Notes under the pieces: model-generated | The model's input: only the letters and a program-made list of their open reading frames with translations | Databases searched by the model: none | Told to the model about the DNA's origin: nothing | Program-made: the position numbers and the translations under genes | Assembly (NCBI GenBank): GCA_005793375.1 | Contig: SXSK01000417.1 | Span: 1 to 58,950 of the forward strand | Origin: Verrucomicrobiales bacterium | GTDB lineage: Bacteria; Verrucomicrobiota; Verrucomicrobiia; Limisphaerales; UBA9464 | DNA: 58,950 nt | Direction: 5' to 3' | Part shown: positions 36,860 to 46,313 of the stretch, piece after piece | Layout: every line of letters begins with the position of its first letter | How positions within the stretch are numbered: position 1 is the first letter of the stretch

Positions 36860-37978
36860 ATGACCCCACTTCAAAGGATCCCAACCTTGGCTAGCTTTTG
36901 TGTCCTGCTCCAATTGGTTGCACTAGGACAAACCGCTTCCGAGGTTTCCTGGCATGACATCGGAAACTTGGGGGTGGAGGGCCAAGGTTGGAAGGACACA
37001 AAAGCGCCTTTCGACCGGCTTCCCGCAAAAGCAGAGGGTGTCGTGCCCAGTTCCGTCTGGGGATTGAGTCGCAGCTCCTCGGGTCTCCACATGCGTTTCA
37101 AGACAGACGCCACCAAGCTCCTGGCCCGATGGGAATTAACTTCCCCCAACTTGGCCATGCCGCACATGCCCGCCACGGGAGTCAGCGGATTGGATCTCTA
37201 TGTGAAAATGCCCGGCGGAAATTGGAATTGGCTCGCGAACGGACGGCCCGAAAGACAGACCAATCAAGTGACGTTGGCTGATAGTCTGCCGCAAGCCACT
37301 CGCGAATACCTGCTCTATCTTCCACTCTACAATGGCGTCCACGCTGTACAAATCGGGGTCCCAACCAGCGCGTCCATCACCTCTGCCGGCGCTTGGGGTC
37401 CTGGGACTCGGAAACCGATTCTGTTTTATGGGACCAGTATCCAACAGGGCGCTTGCGCGTCTCGCCCCGGCCTCGTTCACAGTGCGATCCTCGGACGACG
37501 GTTCCAGTTCCCGCACATAAACCTAGGCTTTTCCGGGAGTGGCCGCATGGAAGCTTCCATGGCATCGTTATTCGCTGAACTGGATCCCAGTGTGTACGTT
37601 CTCGATTGCCTTCCAAACATGTCCGCCGCAGAAGTCACTGAACGTGTGGAACCGTTCGTCCGAACCCTGCGAATCGCCCATCCCAAAACACCGATTGTCT
37701 TCGTGGAGGACCGGAGCTATTCGGACGCCTTTCTGATCCAATCCAAGCGCCAGCGGAACGACACCAGTCGTGCTGCACTCCAGGCTGCCTTCAAACGACT
37801 CAAATCCGAGGGAGTCCAGCAGTTGTACTACATTTCTGGCGCCTCCCTGCTCGGCAAAGACAACGAAGGCACCGTCGACAGCTCCCATCCCAACGACTTG
37901 GGCTTCATGCGCCAAGCCGACCAATTCGACAAAATTCTCCGGCCACTCCTCAAACGCGCAGTCCGCAACCGCGACTGA
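36860..37978 (+). CDS. SGNH/GDSL hydrolase with GxDLY N-terminal domain
   Basis: SGLDLY, FYGTSIQQG, NLGFSG, DCLPN, DSSHP. Confidence 0.9.
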   Translation: MTPLQRIPTLASFCVLLQLVALGQTASEVSWHDIGNLGVEGQGWKDTKAPFDRLPAKAEGVVPSSVWGLSRSSSGLHMRFKTDATKLLARWELTSPNLAMPHMPATGVSGLDLYVKMPGGNWNWLANGRPERQTNQVTLADSLPQATREYLLYLPLYNGVHAVQIGVPTSASITSAGAWGPGTRKPILFYGTSIQQGACASRPGLVHSAILGRRFQFPHINLGFSGSGRMEASMASLFAELDPSVYVLDCLPNMSAAEVTERVEPFVRTLRIAHPKTPIVFVEDRSYSDAFLIQSKRQRNDTSRAALQAAFKRLKSEGVQQLYYISGASLLGKDNEGTVDSSHPNDLGFMRQADQFDKILRPLLKRAVRNRD

Positions 37979-38052
37979 TCTTGGAATGGCCTCCGATAGC
38001 TGGGTGAACTTCGACGCAAAACGGGCAACTAACGGGCAGGCGCGCCGAAAGA

Positions 38053-38086
38053 CAATTGGTTTACATCATTGTAACCAATTGGTAAC
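38053..38086. promoter_or_regulatory. AT-rich inverted repeat, candidate operator upstream of the third cotH
   Basis: CAATTGGTTTACA-tcat-TGTAACCAATTG, overlapping GTAACCAATTGGTAAC. Confidence 0.4.
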
Positions 38087-38106
38087 CCCACTGTCTCCAT
38101 ACTCGC

Positions 38107-40086
38107 ATGCGCCTGCACAACTATGTGACCTTGCTCGCTCTGGGTATCTCTTCTGCCTTAGGGACGACCGGAGTTTCCGCCGAGCCACCCAAAACATCCA
38201 GCGAACTCTTCCAACTCACCCACGTGTGGAGTGCCACACTGACGTTGGAAGGCGATCAGTGGAAACAATTGCAACCCAAGATGCCTGAAGGCGGAGGGTT
38301 TCCATTCGGTGGGCCGCGTCCTGGCGGCCCCGGTGGAGGGCGCGGCGGTTTTGGTGTCGGTAATTTTCTGGCGGGCGGATTTGTTGCCAGTCTTGACCAA
38401 GACAAGGATGGGTCGCTCACTGAAGCAGAATTCACGGGAGGATTCGACCGGTGGTTCCAAGACTGGGATGGCAAAAAAAACGGGTCCCTCAGTAGTGAAC
38501 AGGTTCAAGAAGGGTTTACCAAGGTCCTCACAGCACCTCCCCCGGGCGGAGGACCTGGTGGACCTGGTGGACCTGGTGGACCTGGAGGACCTGGTGGTCG
38601 CGGTCCTGGCGGTCCCGGCGGTCCCGGTTTCGGCCTTCAAGGCCGCGAAGGCCAGAGGAACGGGCTGAGCGCTGCACGCGGCATCAATTTTGAATATGCC
38701 AAGGGCCGTCTCGAGTTTGAAGGAGTCCAACTCAACGAGGTGGCGGTCCGTTACAAAGGCAATGGAACCTTCATGGACGCGCAAAACACGGATAAGAAAT
38801 CCCTGAAGGTCGATCTCAACGAGTTCAACAAGGCTCAAAAGGTTGCGGGCCTCACCAAACTCAATTTTCACAACAATATCACCGAAGTGGCTTCGATGCA
38901 TGAACCGCTCGGTTATGAAGTCTATCGGGCAGCGGGTGTGCCTGCACCGCGAACCACCTACGCGCGTCTGACACTCAATGCCTCGGGAGTGCACACCAAC
39001 CGCTTCCTGGGCCTCTACTCCATCGTTGAAAACCTCGACAATAGTTGGGCGGAACATCATTTCGGCTCCAAGAAGGGGGCCATCTTAAAGCCAGTCACCC
39101 GGGAACTGTTCAAATTCCAGGGCACGGATTGGGCCAAGTACAAGCAGGTCTACGATGCCAAAACCGAGCCGACACCCAAACAACAGCAACGCGTGTTCGA
39201 CTTCGCGAAACTCGTAACCGATGCCGATGACTCCGAATTCGCCAAACGACTCCCTGAGTTCCTGGATATTGACGAATTCTCACGTTTCTTGGCCGTCACG
39301 GTCTGGCTCAGCAATACCGATTCCATCCTCATGATGGGCCAAAATTTCGTGGTCTACTTGCATCCAAAAACTGACAAGTTCCTCTTCATTCCCTGGGACC
39401 TGGACCGTGCCTTTGGCAATTTCTTTAGCCCCTCCCCGGAACGTATGAGCATTCATAACGCCTGGGCTCAGGATAACCGTTTCCTAGAACGCGTCATGAA
39501 AGTCCCCGCAGTGAAGCAGGCGTATGTCGCACGCATGACGGAATTCCAAAACACCCTGTTTAAACCGGAACGGTTTGCCGCATTGGTGGACAAAGTGGCC
39601 GCCGTCACCCGACCCGTTGTTGAACAGGAAGACCCGAAGAAATTGGAGCGGTTTGATCGATCTGTCGCCGGCGAAAGCCCAGCGCCTCCGGCCGGTGGCC
39701 CCGGTGGGGGTTTTGGTCGCGGCTTCGGGATGCCAGCCAAACCGGTTAAGCTGTTCACCAAAGAGCGGCACCAAGCCGTCGCTGACCAACTGGCCGGTAA
39801 AGACGAAGGGACCCCACTGGCGGGTGGACCCGGTGGACGCGGTGGACGCGGTGGCCCAGGCGGCGGGATGCGCTTTGGTCCCGGAAATTTCGTTGGGCCG
39901 GTCGTCTTCAAAGCAGCGGACCAAGACACCAACAGCAAGGTTAGCGCTGACGAATTCAAGCAACTCGCGCATCGTTGGTTTACCGAGTGGGATAAATCCA
40001 AGTCGGGATCCCTTAAGCAAGAGGACGTGGTCGCGGGCCTCAATGCCGTGATTCCACCCCCGAATTTTGGTCGGCCACCCCAGTAA
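38107..40086 (+). CDS. CotH kinase family protein with EF-hand modules and Gly/Pro-rich linkers
   Basis: Signal peptide; VRYKGNGT, KKSLKVDLN, AAGVPAPR, LGLYSIVE, IPWDLD; EF loops DQDKDGSLTEAE and DQDTNSKVSADE. Confidence 0.9.
   Translation: MRLHNYVTLLALGISSALGTTGVSAEPPKTSSELFQLTHVWSATLTLEGDQWKQLQPKMPEGGGFPFGGPRPGGPGGGRGGFGVGNFLAGGFVASLDQDKDGSLTEAEFTGGFDRWFQDWDGKKNGSLSSEQVQEGFTKVLTAPPPGGGPGGPGGPGGPGGPGGRGPGGPGGPGFGLQGREGQRNGLSAARGINFEYAKGRLEFEGVQLNEVAVRYKGNGTFMDAQNTDKKSLKVDLNEFNKAQKVAGLTKLNFHNNITEVASMHEPLGYEVYRAAGVPAPRTTYARLTLNASGVHTNRFLGLYSIVENLDNSWAEHHFGSKKGAILKPVTRELFKFQGTDWAKYKQVYDAKTEPTPKQQQRVFDFAKLVTDADDSEFAKRLPEFLDIDEFSRFLAVTVWLSNTDSILMMGQNFVVYLHPKTDKFLFIPWDLDRAFGNFFSPSPERMSIHNAWAQDNRFLERVMKVPAVKQAYVARMTEFQNTLFKPERFAALVDKVAAVTRPVVEQEDPKKLERFDRSVAGESPAPPAGGPGGGFGRGFGMPAKPVKLFTKERHQAVADQLAGKDEGTPLAGGPGGRGGRGGPGGGMRFGPGNFVGPVVFKAADQDTNSKVSADEFKQLAHRWFTEWDKSKSGSLKQEDVVAGLNAVIPPPNFGRPPQ
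38551..38595 (+). repeat. In-frame 9-bp tandem repeat (GGACCTGGW x5) encoding (GPG)n
   Basis: GGACCTGGT x3, GGACCTGGA, GGACCTGGT, followed by degenerate copies. Confidence 0.9.
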
Positions 40087-40115
40087 ACGCCCGCGTCCCG
40101 CCGAGTAGAGTAGGT

Positions 40116-41477
40116 TTAGCCTACCAACTCTCGGATGGGAGCCCACGCATTATCCACAAGGAACTGTGGGCGTCCCGTCAAGTCGTTGATGGTGGTCTTG
40201 CTGACGTCGATACCAAAGGCGTGATAGAGCGTCGCGAACACCTCGCCGAAGTTTACCGGGCGTTCACTCGCCTCGCCTCCCAACCGATCGGTGGCGCCAA
40301 TCACTTGCCCATGCTGCATGCCGCCTCCGGCCAGGAGCGCGCAACTAACGCGCGGCCAATGATCGCGACCTGCGTCCTTGTTGATGGTTGGTGTTCGGCC
40401 AAACTCCCCCCAGACCACGACGCTGACATCCTTCTCGAGACCGCGCTGACGTAGATCCTCAATCAAGGCGCTAAGGCCCTGGTCCAACAGCGGCAGATCT
40501 TGGCGCAATGCCCCAAAGTTGTCCCCATGGTGGTCCCAACGGCTGAATGCCAAGGTCACGCAACGGGCACCAGCCTCCACCAACCGGCGCGCCACCAAAA
40601 AATGCTCCATTAATTTAGGGCCGCCATCGTCGCGATTGCGCGGATCCCCTTTGCCGTAACGCTCCACGATCTTGGGATCTTCCCGCTTGAGGTCCAGCGC
40701 CTCGACCAACTTGCTGGAGGTCAAAATACCAAAGGCTTGTCGGGTGTAGGCATCCAACCCTTCAATCATGCCGCTGCTGTCCAAGTCGCGACGAAATCGA
40801 TCGAGGCTGCTGAATAAGTTTCGCCGATCCGCCAACCGATCCAAGGTGACACCCTGGAGCACCATGTCATCCTTGCCACCGCCTTTGTTGGGTTGGAAAG
40901 GAGCATGAGCAGCGCCCAGGAAACCCGGTTCGCCTGTCCGTGCCCATCGCATCTCGCCCATCTTGGGAGACAAGCCCACAAATGGTGGAACCGTCTGATT
41001 AACTGGGCCCTGCAACTTGGAAAGCACAGCGCCCAAAGCGGGCCATCCCCCAGGTGGCTGATTCCGATTGGGGCGTCCCGTCAAACACTGGAAGGCGTCG
41101 TGGTCATCAAAGGCACCCACCATGGACCGGATGACGGTGCATCGATCCATGACCTTGGCCATTTTGGGTAGATGCTCACAAATCTGGATGCCCGGGACAT
41201 TCGTCCCAATCGGCTTAAATTCGCCGCGCACTTCCCGGGGCGCATCGACCTTCAGATCAAACATGTCATGGTGCGACGGACCGCCGGGCAGGAAAATCAT
41301 GATCACCGCCTTGTGCCGATTAGAAGCACTCCGAATCCCGAGCGCCTCTTCAGCCCGAAGCACCTGCGGCAGCGACATTCCCCCCAAACCCAAGGCGCCG
41401 ATCTTCAGAAAATTGCGGCGGGAAACCCCATCGCAATATCCGGATCCCGGCGGTTTTGGTCCAAGAATGGTCAGCAT
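40116..41477 (-). CDS. DUF1501 domain protein
   Basis: [46 protein letters not shown]. Confidence 0.92.
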   Translation of the reverse strand: MLTILGPKPPGSGYCDGVSRRNFLKIGALGLGGMSLPQVLRAEEALGIRSASNRHKAVIMIFLPGGPSHHDMFDLKVDAPREVRGEFKPIGTNVPGIQICEHLPKMAKVMDRCTVIRSMVGAFDDHDAFQCLTGRPNRNQPPGGWPALGAVLSKLQGPVNQTVPPFVGLSPKMGEMRWARTGEPGFLGAAHAPFQPNKGGGKDDMVLQGVTLDRLADRRNLFSSLDRFRRDLDSSGMIEGLDAYTRQAFGILTSSKLVEALDLKREDPKIVERYGKGDPRNRDDGGPKLMEHFLVARRLVEAGARCVTLAFSRWDHHGDNFGALRQDLPLLDQGLSALIEDLRQRGLEKDVSVVVWGEFGRTPTINKDAGRDHWPRVSCALLAGGGMQHGQVIGATDRLGGEASERPVNFGEVFATLYHAFGIDVSKTTINDLTGRPQFLVDNAWAPIRELVG

Positions 41478-41660
41478 GTTGGCGGATTCAAATAGGCCCA
41501 AGTTAGTTCAGGCCACTGTCAAAATATGAACGAACCACCCCAACCAGAGCAAGTAGAAGGTTTAGTCCTCGGACAGGGGCGATTTCTCTCATTTGGAGCA
41601 ATCAGGTGAGGCGGCCTTTTTGAGGACACTATCGTCCGATGTCTCCCGATGGTACATCGG

Positions 41661-42398
41661 TTAATCCCGCTCAAGAGTAAACAGTGGTTTAGGAGCCTTG
41701 CGGACCATATCGACATGGTTGTCGATGAACGCCAGGTTCGCTCGGCCTTTCCGCTTGATGCCGTTGTTCAGAACCTTAACGCCCCGGTCGGTCTCCGAAC
41801 TTTTCTCTGTCCCACCGCTGTGGCGGTAGCAGACATTCCCAGCGCTGGTGCCCAACTTGGGGTCCGCATCGGGGTACAGGCAGGCATCCCAGCCATCGGT
41901 ATCCCCATAGAGCACCGTACCCGTGGGATCCGCCACATTGCGGGAGCCGATCTTGTTATCGCCATTGTTGACGTAGCCGTTCTGTGCGTATGCCAGGTAG
42001 CCCCAGAATCCACCCAGTCTGAGCGCCGAACTGCTGCCGGACTTCTGGTAGCTTGACGGACAAATGAAGACGCCTTCTCCGGCAGTTCTCGTGTCGCGCC
42101 CGACGTACGGCTGCAATTGGCGGTACCAGATCGGGGGAATGGGTGCTGTCAGGCTACCAGGCCAACCAACAGGGAACACCGTGTGATCCTGATCATACAA
42201 GGTTGCGGCCAGCATGATCTGGCGAAGGTTGCTCTTGCAGGCGGTGGCTCGCGCCTTATCGCGGGCGCTGGCTAACGCCGGAAGGATCATGCCAGCCAAG
42301 ATCGCGATGATCGCCACGACCACGAGAAGTTCAATCAACGTGAACCCAGCAGCTTCTCGATAGCTCTGCGAGTTCCGGTATCGATGACACGATTCCAT
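41661..42398 (-). CDS. Prepilin-type N-methylation domain protein (DUF1559 / H-X9-DG-like)
   Basis: [39 protein letters not shown]...[10 protein letters not shown]. Confidence 0.9.
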   Translation of the reverse strand: MESCHRYRNSQSYREAAGFTLIELLVVVAIIAILAGMILPALASARDKARATACKSNLRQIMLAATLYDQDHTVFPVGWPGSLTAPIPPIWYRQLQPYVGRDTRTAGEGVFICPSSYQKSGSSSALRLGGFWGYLAYAQNGYVNNGDNKIGSRNVADPTGTVLYGDTDGWDACLYPDADPKLGTSAGNVCYRHSGGTEKSSETDRGVKVLNNGIKRKGRANLAFIDNHVDMVRKAPKPLFTLERD

Positions 42399-42692
42399 GT
42401 AGGGAAGAGAAAGCGCCTCGGGAAAAAGACGCCAGAGCGAAATTAGAAAAGCGGCAAATGACCCGTCCCGGTGTCCCTTACATGGATGAATCCGGCGCTA
42501 CTTGATTCTCGCCGGAAAACGGGACAGCCTTTTCCTAGCGCGTGGAACCGATTCAAGAGTAGCTTCGCACAGCACCATTCCATGCCTGCACTCTACGCAC
42601 AGCTAGGGACTCCACGGACCGCTCGAACCTACCGAGTGCTTGCCTACAATACTGAGTCAACGCAACCCTCTGTTATAAGACTCTTAGCGGCG

Positions 42693-44855
42693 TTGGGGCG
42701 CTGGGTCCGAGAAATCCACGAGACTCTGTGGCTGTGGCTGGCTTGGTTTTGCCATGCCGCGACTGTTTCCCAGGGTCAGGAATGGCCCGTGTACGGAGGC
42801 AACCCTGCGGGCACCAAATATTCGCCACTAACCCATATTCATCGCACGAATGTCCATCAACTGAAGCCCGTTTGGGTCTATCGATGCGACGATATGCGGG
42901 AACGTCCTGCCACGACCATCGAATGCAATCCGTTGGCCATTGATGGCACACTCTACCTGACGACACCGGGGCTCAAGCTCGTTGCGTTGGAAGCGGCATC
43001 CGGAAAGGAACGATGGCGGTTCGATCCGTTCCAGGGTGCCGGCGGACGAGGCGTGAACCGCGGGATCACCTACTGGCAATCTGGCGACGATCGCCGTCTC
43101 TTCCTACCTGCTGGCAGCTATGTCTACGCTATCGAGGCTCGCTCCGGCAAACGGATTGAATCGTTCGGCACTCAGGGTCGGATCGATCTGAGAGAGGGTA
43201 TGGATCAGGACTTATTTAACCTCTCCGTCAGCACCTCCTCCCCGGGTGTGGTATACCAAGACCTGATCATTTTCGGGTCCAGCGTAGGAGAAGGCCCCGC
43301 TCCGGCAGCTCCGGGCCACATTCGAGCCTACGATGTCCGAACGGGCAAACGTCGCTGGATCTTTCACACCATTCCGCATCCGGGAGAACCCGGGTATGAG
43401 ACTTGGCCGCCCGATGCCTGGAAGACCTTGGGAGGGTGCAATGCGTGGGGTGGACTAACACTGGATGCCGACCGAGGCATCGTGTTCTGTGGTACCGGAT
43501 CCGCCAGTTACGACCACTTCGGCGGCAATCGTGTTGGGGCGAATCTGTATGCCAATTGTGTCCTGGCCTTGGATGCGGCTACGGGTCAGCGGAAATGGCA
43601 TTTCCAGACTCTTCACCACGACCTCTGGGATTATGACCTCCCCTGCCCTCCAACGCTGATTTCGACCCTGCACGCTGGGCGTCAAATCGACGCGGTGGCA
43701 CAGCCCACCAAGACCGGGTTTCTATTTGTGCTCGATCGATTGAGTGGGCAACCGTTGCATCCAGTGGTGGAACGTCGTGTCGCTCGATCCGAAATTCCTG
43801 GAGAACAAAGCTGGCCCACCCAACCGATCCCCTCAAAACCGCCGCCCTTTGCTCAACAAGGATTCACCGAATCGGACATTACCGATCTTTCACCCACAGC
43901 GACGGCCGCCATCCGCGAACGCCTCAAAACGATTCGCCCCGCCCCGCTTTACGAGCCGCCCGGATTGCAAGCCACGGTCGTTTTGCCCCAATTCAATGGT
44001 GGGGCCGAATGGGGCGGTGCTGCCTTTGATCCCAACACGGGCTTGGTGATCCTCAACGCCAGCAACGAAGCCGAATGGATCTCCATGGTGCCGTCTAAAC
44101 CAAAAGACACCATCACGCTGGGAGAACTGGGCTCCCAGCTCTACAGGGGAATTTGCTCCACCTGCCATGGGGGAGCTGGCACCGCCGTGGCGGGAATTCC
44201 GCAAAGCCCTTCCCTGGTGGGGTTGAAACAACGGCTCAAGCCGGAAGATTTTTTGATGCTATTGGATACAGGCCGAGGGCAGATGCCCTCCTTTAGTGCG
44301 CTTTCGCCTGTGGAAAAACGGGCCCTTCAATCCTTTCTATTCGAGATGAGCCGAGAGCAAACCGTGCGAGCCTCAGAGATCGGTTCGCTCTGGGCTGATG
44401 AAATCCCCTTCGTTTCTAGTGGTCACAATGAGCTGCGCGATCCCGAAGGCTTTCCAGCCAACAAACGCCCGTGGGGCACGCTCACGGCCCTGGACCCCGG
44501 CCGCGGTGAACTGGTTTGGCAAGTCCCTTTGGGCACTTATCCAACCCTGGAAAAGCGCGGCCTGCCACCCACCGGCACGTTTAATATCGGCGGACCCATC
44601 GTCACTGCCGGAGGTCTCGTCTTCATCGGTGCGACTATGGACGAACGAGTGCGGGCATTCGACAGCCGCACCGGAAAAACTCTGTGGGAGTTCCAACTCG
44701 ATGCCGGCGCTTACGCCACCCCCGCCACCTTCGAGGTTGGCGGTCGTCAATATCTCGTTTTCGCCGCCGGGGGTGGCGGCAAACCCGAAACCCGCCCCGG
44801 CAATGCGTACTGGTGCTTTGCCTTGCCAATCACATCCACTCCAAATCCTAAATAG
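42693..44855 (+). CDS. PQQ-dependent (glucose-dehydrogenase-like) dehydrogenase with inserted cytochrome c domain
   Basis: WPVYGG..YSPL, NRG, WHFQTLHHDLWDYD, GGAEWGG, CSTCH, PWGTL, GGPIVTAGGLVF; start uncertain (ORF is open from 42471). Confidence 0.88.
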   Translation: MGRWVREIHETLWLWLAWFCHAATVSQGQEWPVYGGNPAGTKYSPLTHIHRTNVHQLKPVWVYRCDDMRERPATTIECNPLAIDGTLYLTTPGLKLVALEAASGKERWRFDPFQGAGGRGVNRGITYWQSGDDRRLFLPAGSYVYAIEARSGKRIESFGTQGRIDLREGMDQDLFNLSVSTSSPGVVYQDLIIFGSSVGEGPAPAAPGHIRAYDVRTGKRRWIFHTIPHPGEPGYETWPPDAWKTLGGCNAWGGLTLDADRGIVFCGTGSASYDHFGGNRVGANLYANCVLALDAATGQRKWHFQTLHHDLWDYDLPCPPTLISTLHAGRQIDAVAQPTKTGFLFVLDRLSGQPLHPVVERRVARSEIPGEQSWPTQPIPSKPPPFAQQGFTESDITDLSPTATAAIRERLKTIRPAPLYEPPGLQATVVLPQFNGGAEWGGAAFDPNTGLVILNASNEAEWISMVPSKPKDTITLGELGSQLYRGICSTCHGGAGTAVAGIPQSPSLVGLKQRLKPEDFLMLLDTGRGQMPSFSALSPVEKRALQSFLFEMSREQTVRASEIGSLWADEIPFVSSGHNELRDPEGFPANKRPWGTLTALDPGRGELVWQVPLGTYPTLEKRGLPPTGTFNIGGPIVTAGGLVFIGATMDERVRAFDSRTGKTLWEFQLDAGAYATPATFEVGGRQYLVFAAGGGGKPETRPGNAYWCFALPITSTPNPK

Positions 44856-44893
44856 CTCCGATACCCAACCCGCTGGCGACCTGCGAACCCCCT

Positions 44894-46060
44894 TCAGAAT
44901 TCCTTCACCCAGAGGTGTCTCAGTTCAAATCGGCCATGTTCGTGTTGAAACCCAATCGGTCCCTTGGCTGGCAATCCGGGCAACTCCGTCTCGTTCACCA
45001 CCTCAATGCCGTTCAGCCAAATGCTCACCCGGTTTCCCACTAAGCGCAGTGTCATCTGATTCCACTGACCGACGGGGCGGTCCGCCCGGACTCGTGGCGT
45101 AAACGGTACCCGATCCTTGCCTACCGCCGCTTCACGGTATTCCCAAAACTCCCCGCTCCCCACCGGATAACAGAACAAGTTGGCTTGGGCCTTAAATAAA
45201 CCTCGGAGCAGGACGCCGCTGTCCCCAGAATCCAGCACCCGTTCCGTCATCGGCTTCCCCTCCTTGTCCTGAAGTTCATATCCGGACGAGGCAATGACTG
45301 GGAAGGATTCCCATTTGGGGGCATCCATCCAACGCCACTCAAACCGCAGTTCGAAGTCTCTCAGATCCGTGCGATGCCACAAATGGTCGCCTCGTCCGAG
45401 ATGCCGCAGTATCCCGTTTTGTGCTTCCCATCCCGAAGTTGGTTTGAACTCCAACAAATCGCGGCCATTGAACCAGGATTTGAATCCTGCCGGCGGTGTC
45501 TTTCGTTCAAACTTCCGGGGATCGCTCTTTAAGGAGTCACAGTAGGCCACCAAGTCCACAAACGGTTCCGGTGCCAACGAGAGAGCGCACCGTTCTGGCA
45601 TCCAGGAACGTGACGTACGTTTCCGGCGCTGGATCTGCCCCTTAGGGACGATGTGCTCGAGCCCTTGGCGGTCCAGCAGCCGAATGCCGCCAGCATAAGA
45701 CTCCTGGATCAGCCCTTCCAACCGTGCCCCACCGGGCAATTCCAATTCCACCAACCGCCAGGCCGGCGCGACTTGCTTTGATGGCTCCAACAAGGCCTCC
45801 AAGAGGGCTGACCGGTTGAGTCGCATGCCTACGGTCGTCAGATCTGGGCCAAGCCGTCCGCCGTATCCGGCGACGGCATGACACTGAATGCAGCCGCCGT
45901 GCTGAACATCGAAGAACACCTTTTGGCCTTTCCAAGCATCCCCATGGAGCGTCCGGGCCGCTTCCCGAAGTGACTCCGCCGGGGAATCCGCCAGGAGCGG
46001 GAATGTCCATAGCGCCAGGAAAAACCCCTTCAACCATCGAGAAACCGAAGATGCGTTCAT
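44894..46060 (-). CDS. Heme c (CxxCH) + DUF1080 fusion protein
   Basis: G..VF...CIQCH..GG.LGPDL..LLEPS..SWMP; FNGRDL, DFELRFEW, DSGVLLR, GQWN, GPIGFQHEH. Confidence 0.85.
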   Translation of the reverse strand: MNASSVSRWLKGFFLALWTFPLLADSPAESLREAARTLHGDAWKGQKVFFDVQHGGCIQCHAVAGYGGRLGPDLTTVGMRLNRSALLEALLEPSKQVAPAWRLVELELPGGARLEGLIQESYAGGIRLLDRQGLEHIVPKGQIQRRKRTSRSWMPERCALSLAPEPFVDLVAYCDSLKSDPRKFERKTPPAGFKSWFNGRDLLEFKPTSGWEAQNGILRHLGRGDHLWHRTDLRDFELRFEWRWMDAPKWESFPVIASSGYELQDKEGKPMTERVLDSGDSGVLLRGLFKAQANLFCYPVGSGEFWEYREAAVGKDRVPFTPRVRADRPVGQWNQMTLRLVGNRVSIWLNGIEVVNETELPGLPAKGPIGFQHEHGRFELRHLWVKEF

Positions 46061-46169
46061 CACCCCCAACTTTGGGAAGCCGTAGCGAGACTTGCCAGCA
46101 ACATTCTGTCAACTTCTTGAAGATGCCCACCGGTTGACGGACTACGAAAAAGCGTGCTCGTGGTGAGTG

Positions 46170-46200
46170 AAAGCGGCAGCGGGCTGCCGACACTCCAAAA
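46170..46200. repeat. REP-like palindromic repeat copy
   Basis: AAAGCGGCAGCGGGCTGCCGACACTCCAAAA with hairpin CGGCAGC-GG-GCTGCCG; intergenic; matches the 336-401 element. Confidence 0.65.
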
Positions 46201-46313
46201 TGTCAGGTCACTACGTCGGCAGAGAAATGGCTTTGCGGTGACTCTCCGATCTGAGGCATGGGCGCGAACCGTCGTGACTTCCGAACACCGGCAATGCTAT
46301 GCCGCGCGGCGAC

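Noticed and set aside
38158..40146. Long antisense ORFs with STR/PPG repeats
   Set aside because: Shadows of the Gly/Pro-rich cotH gene
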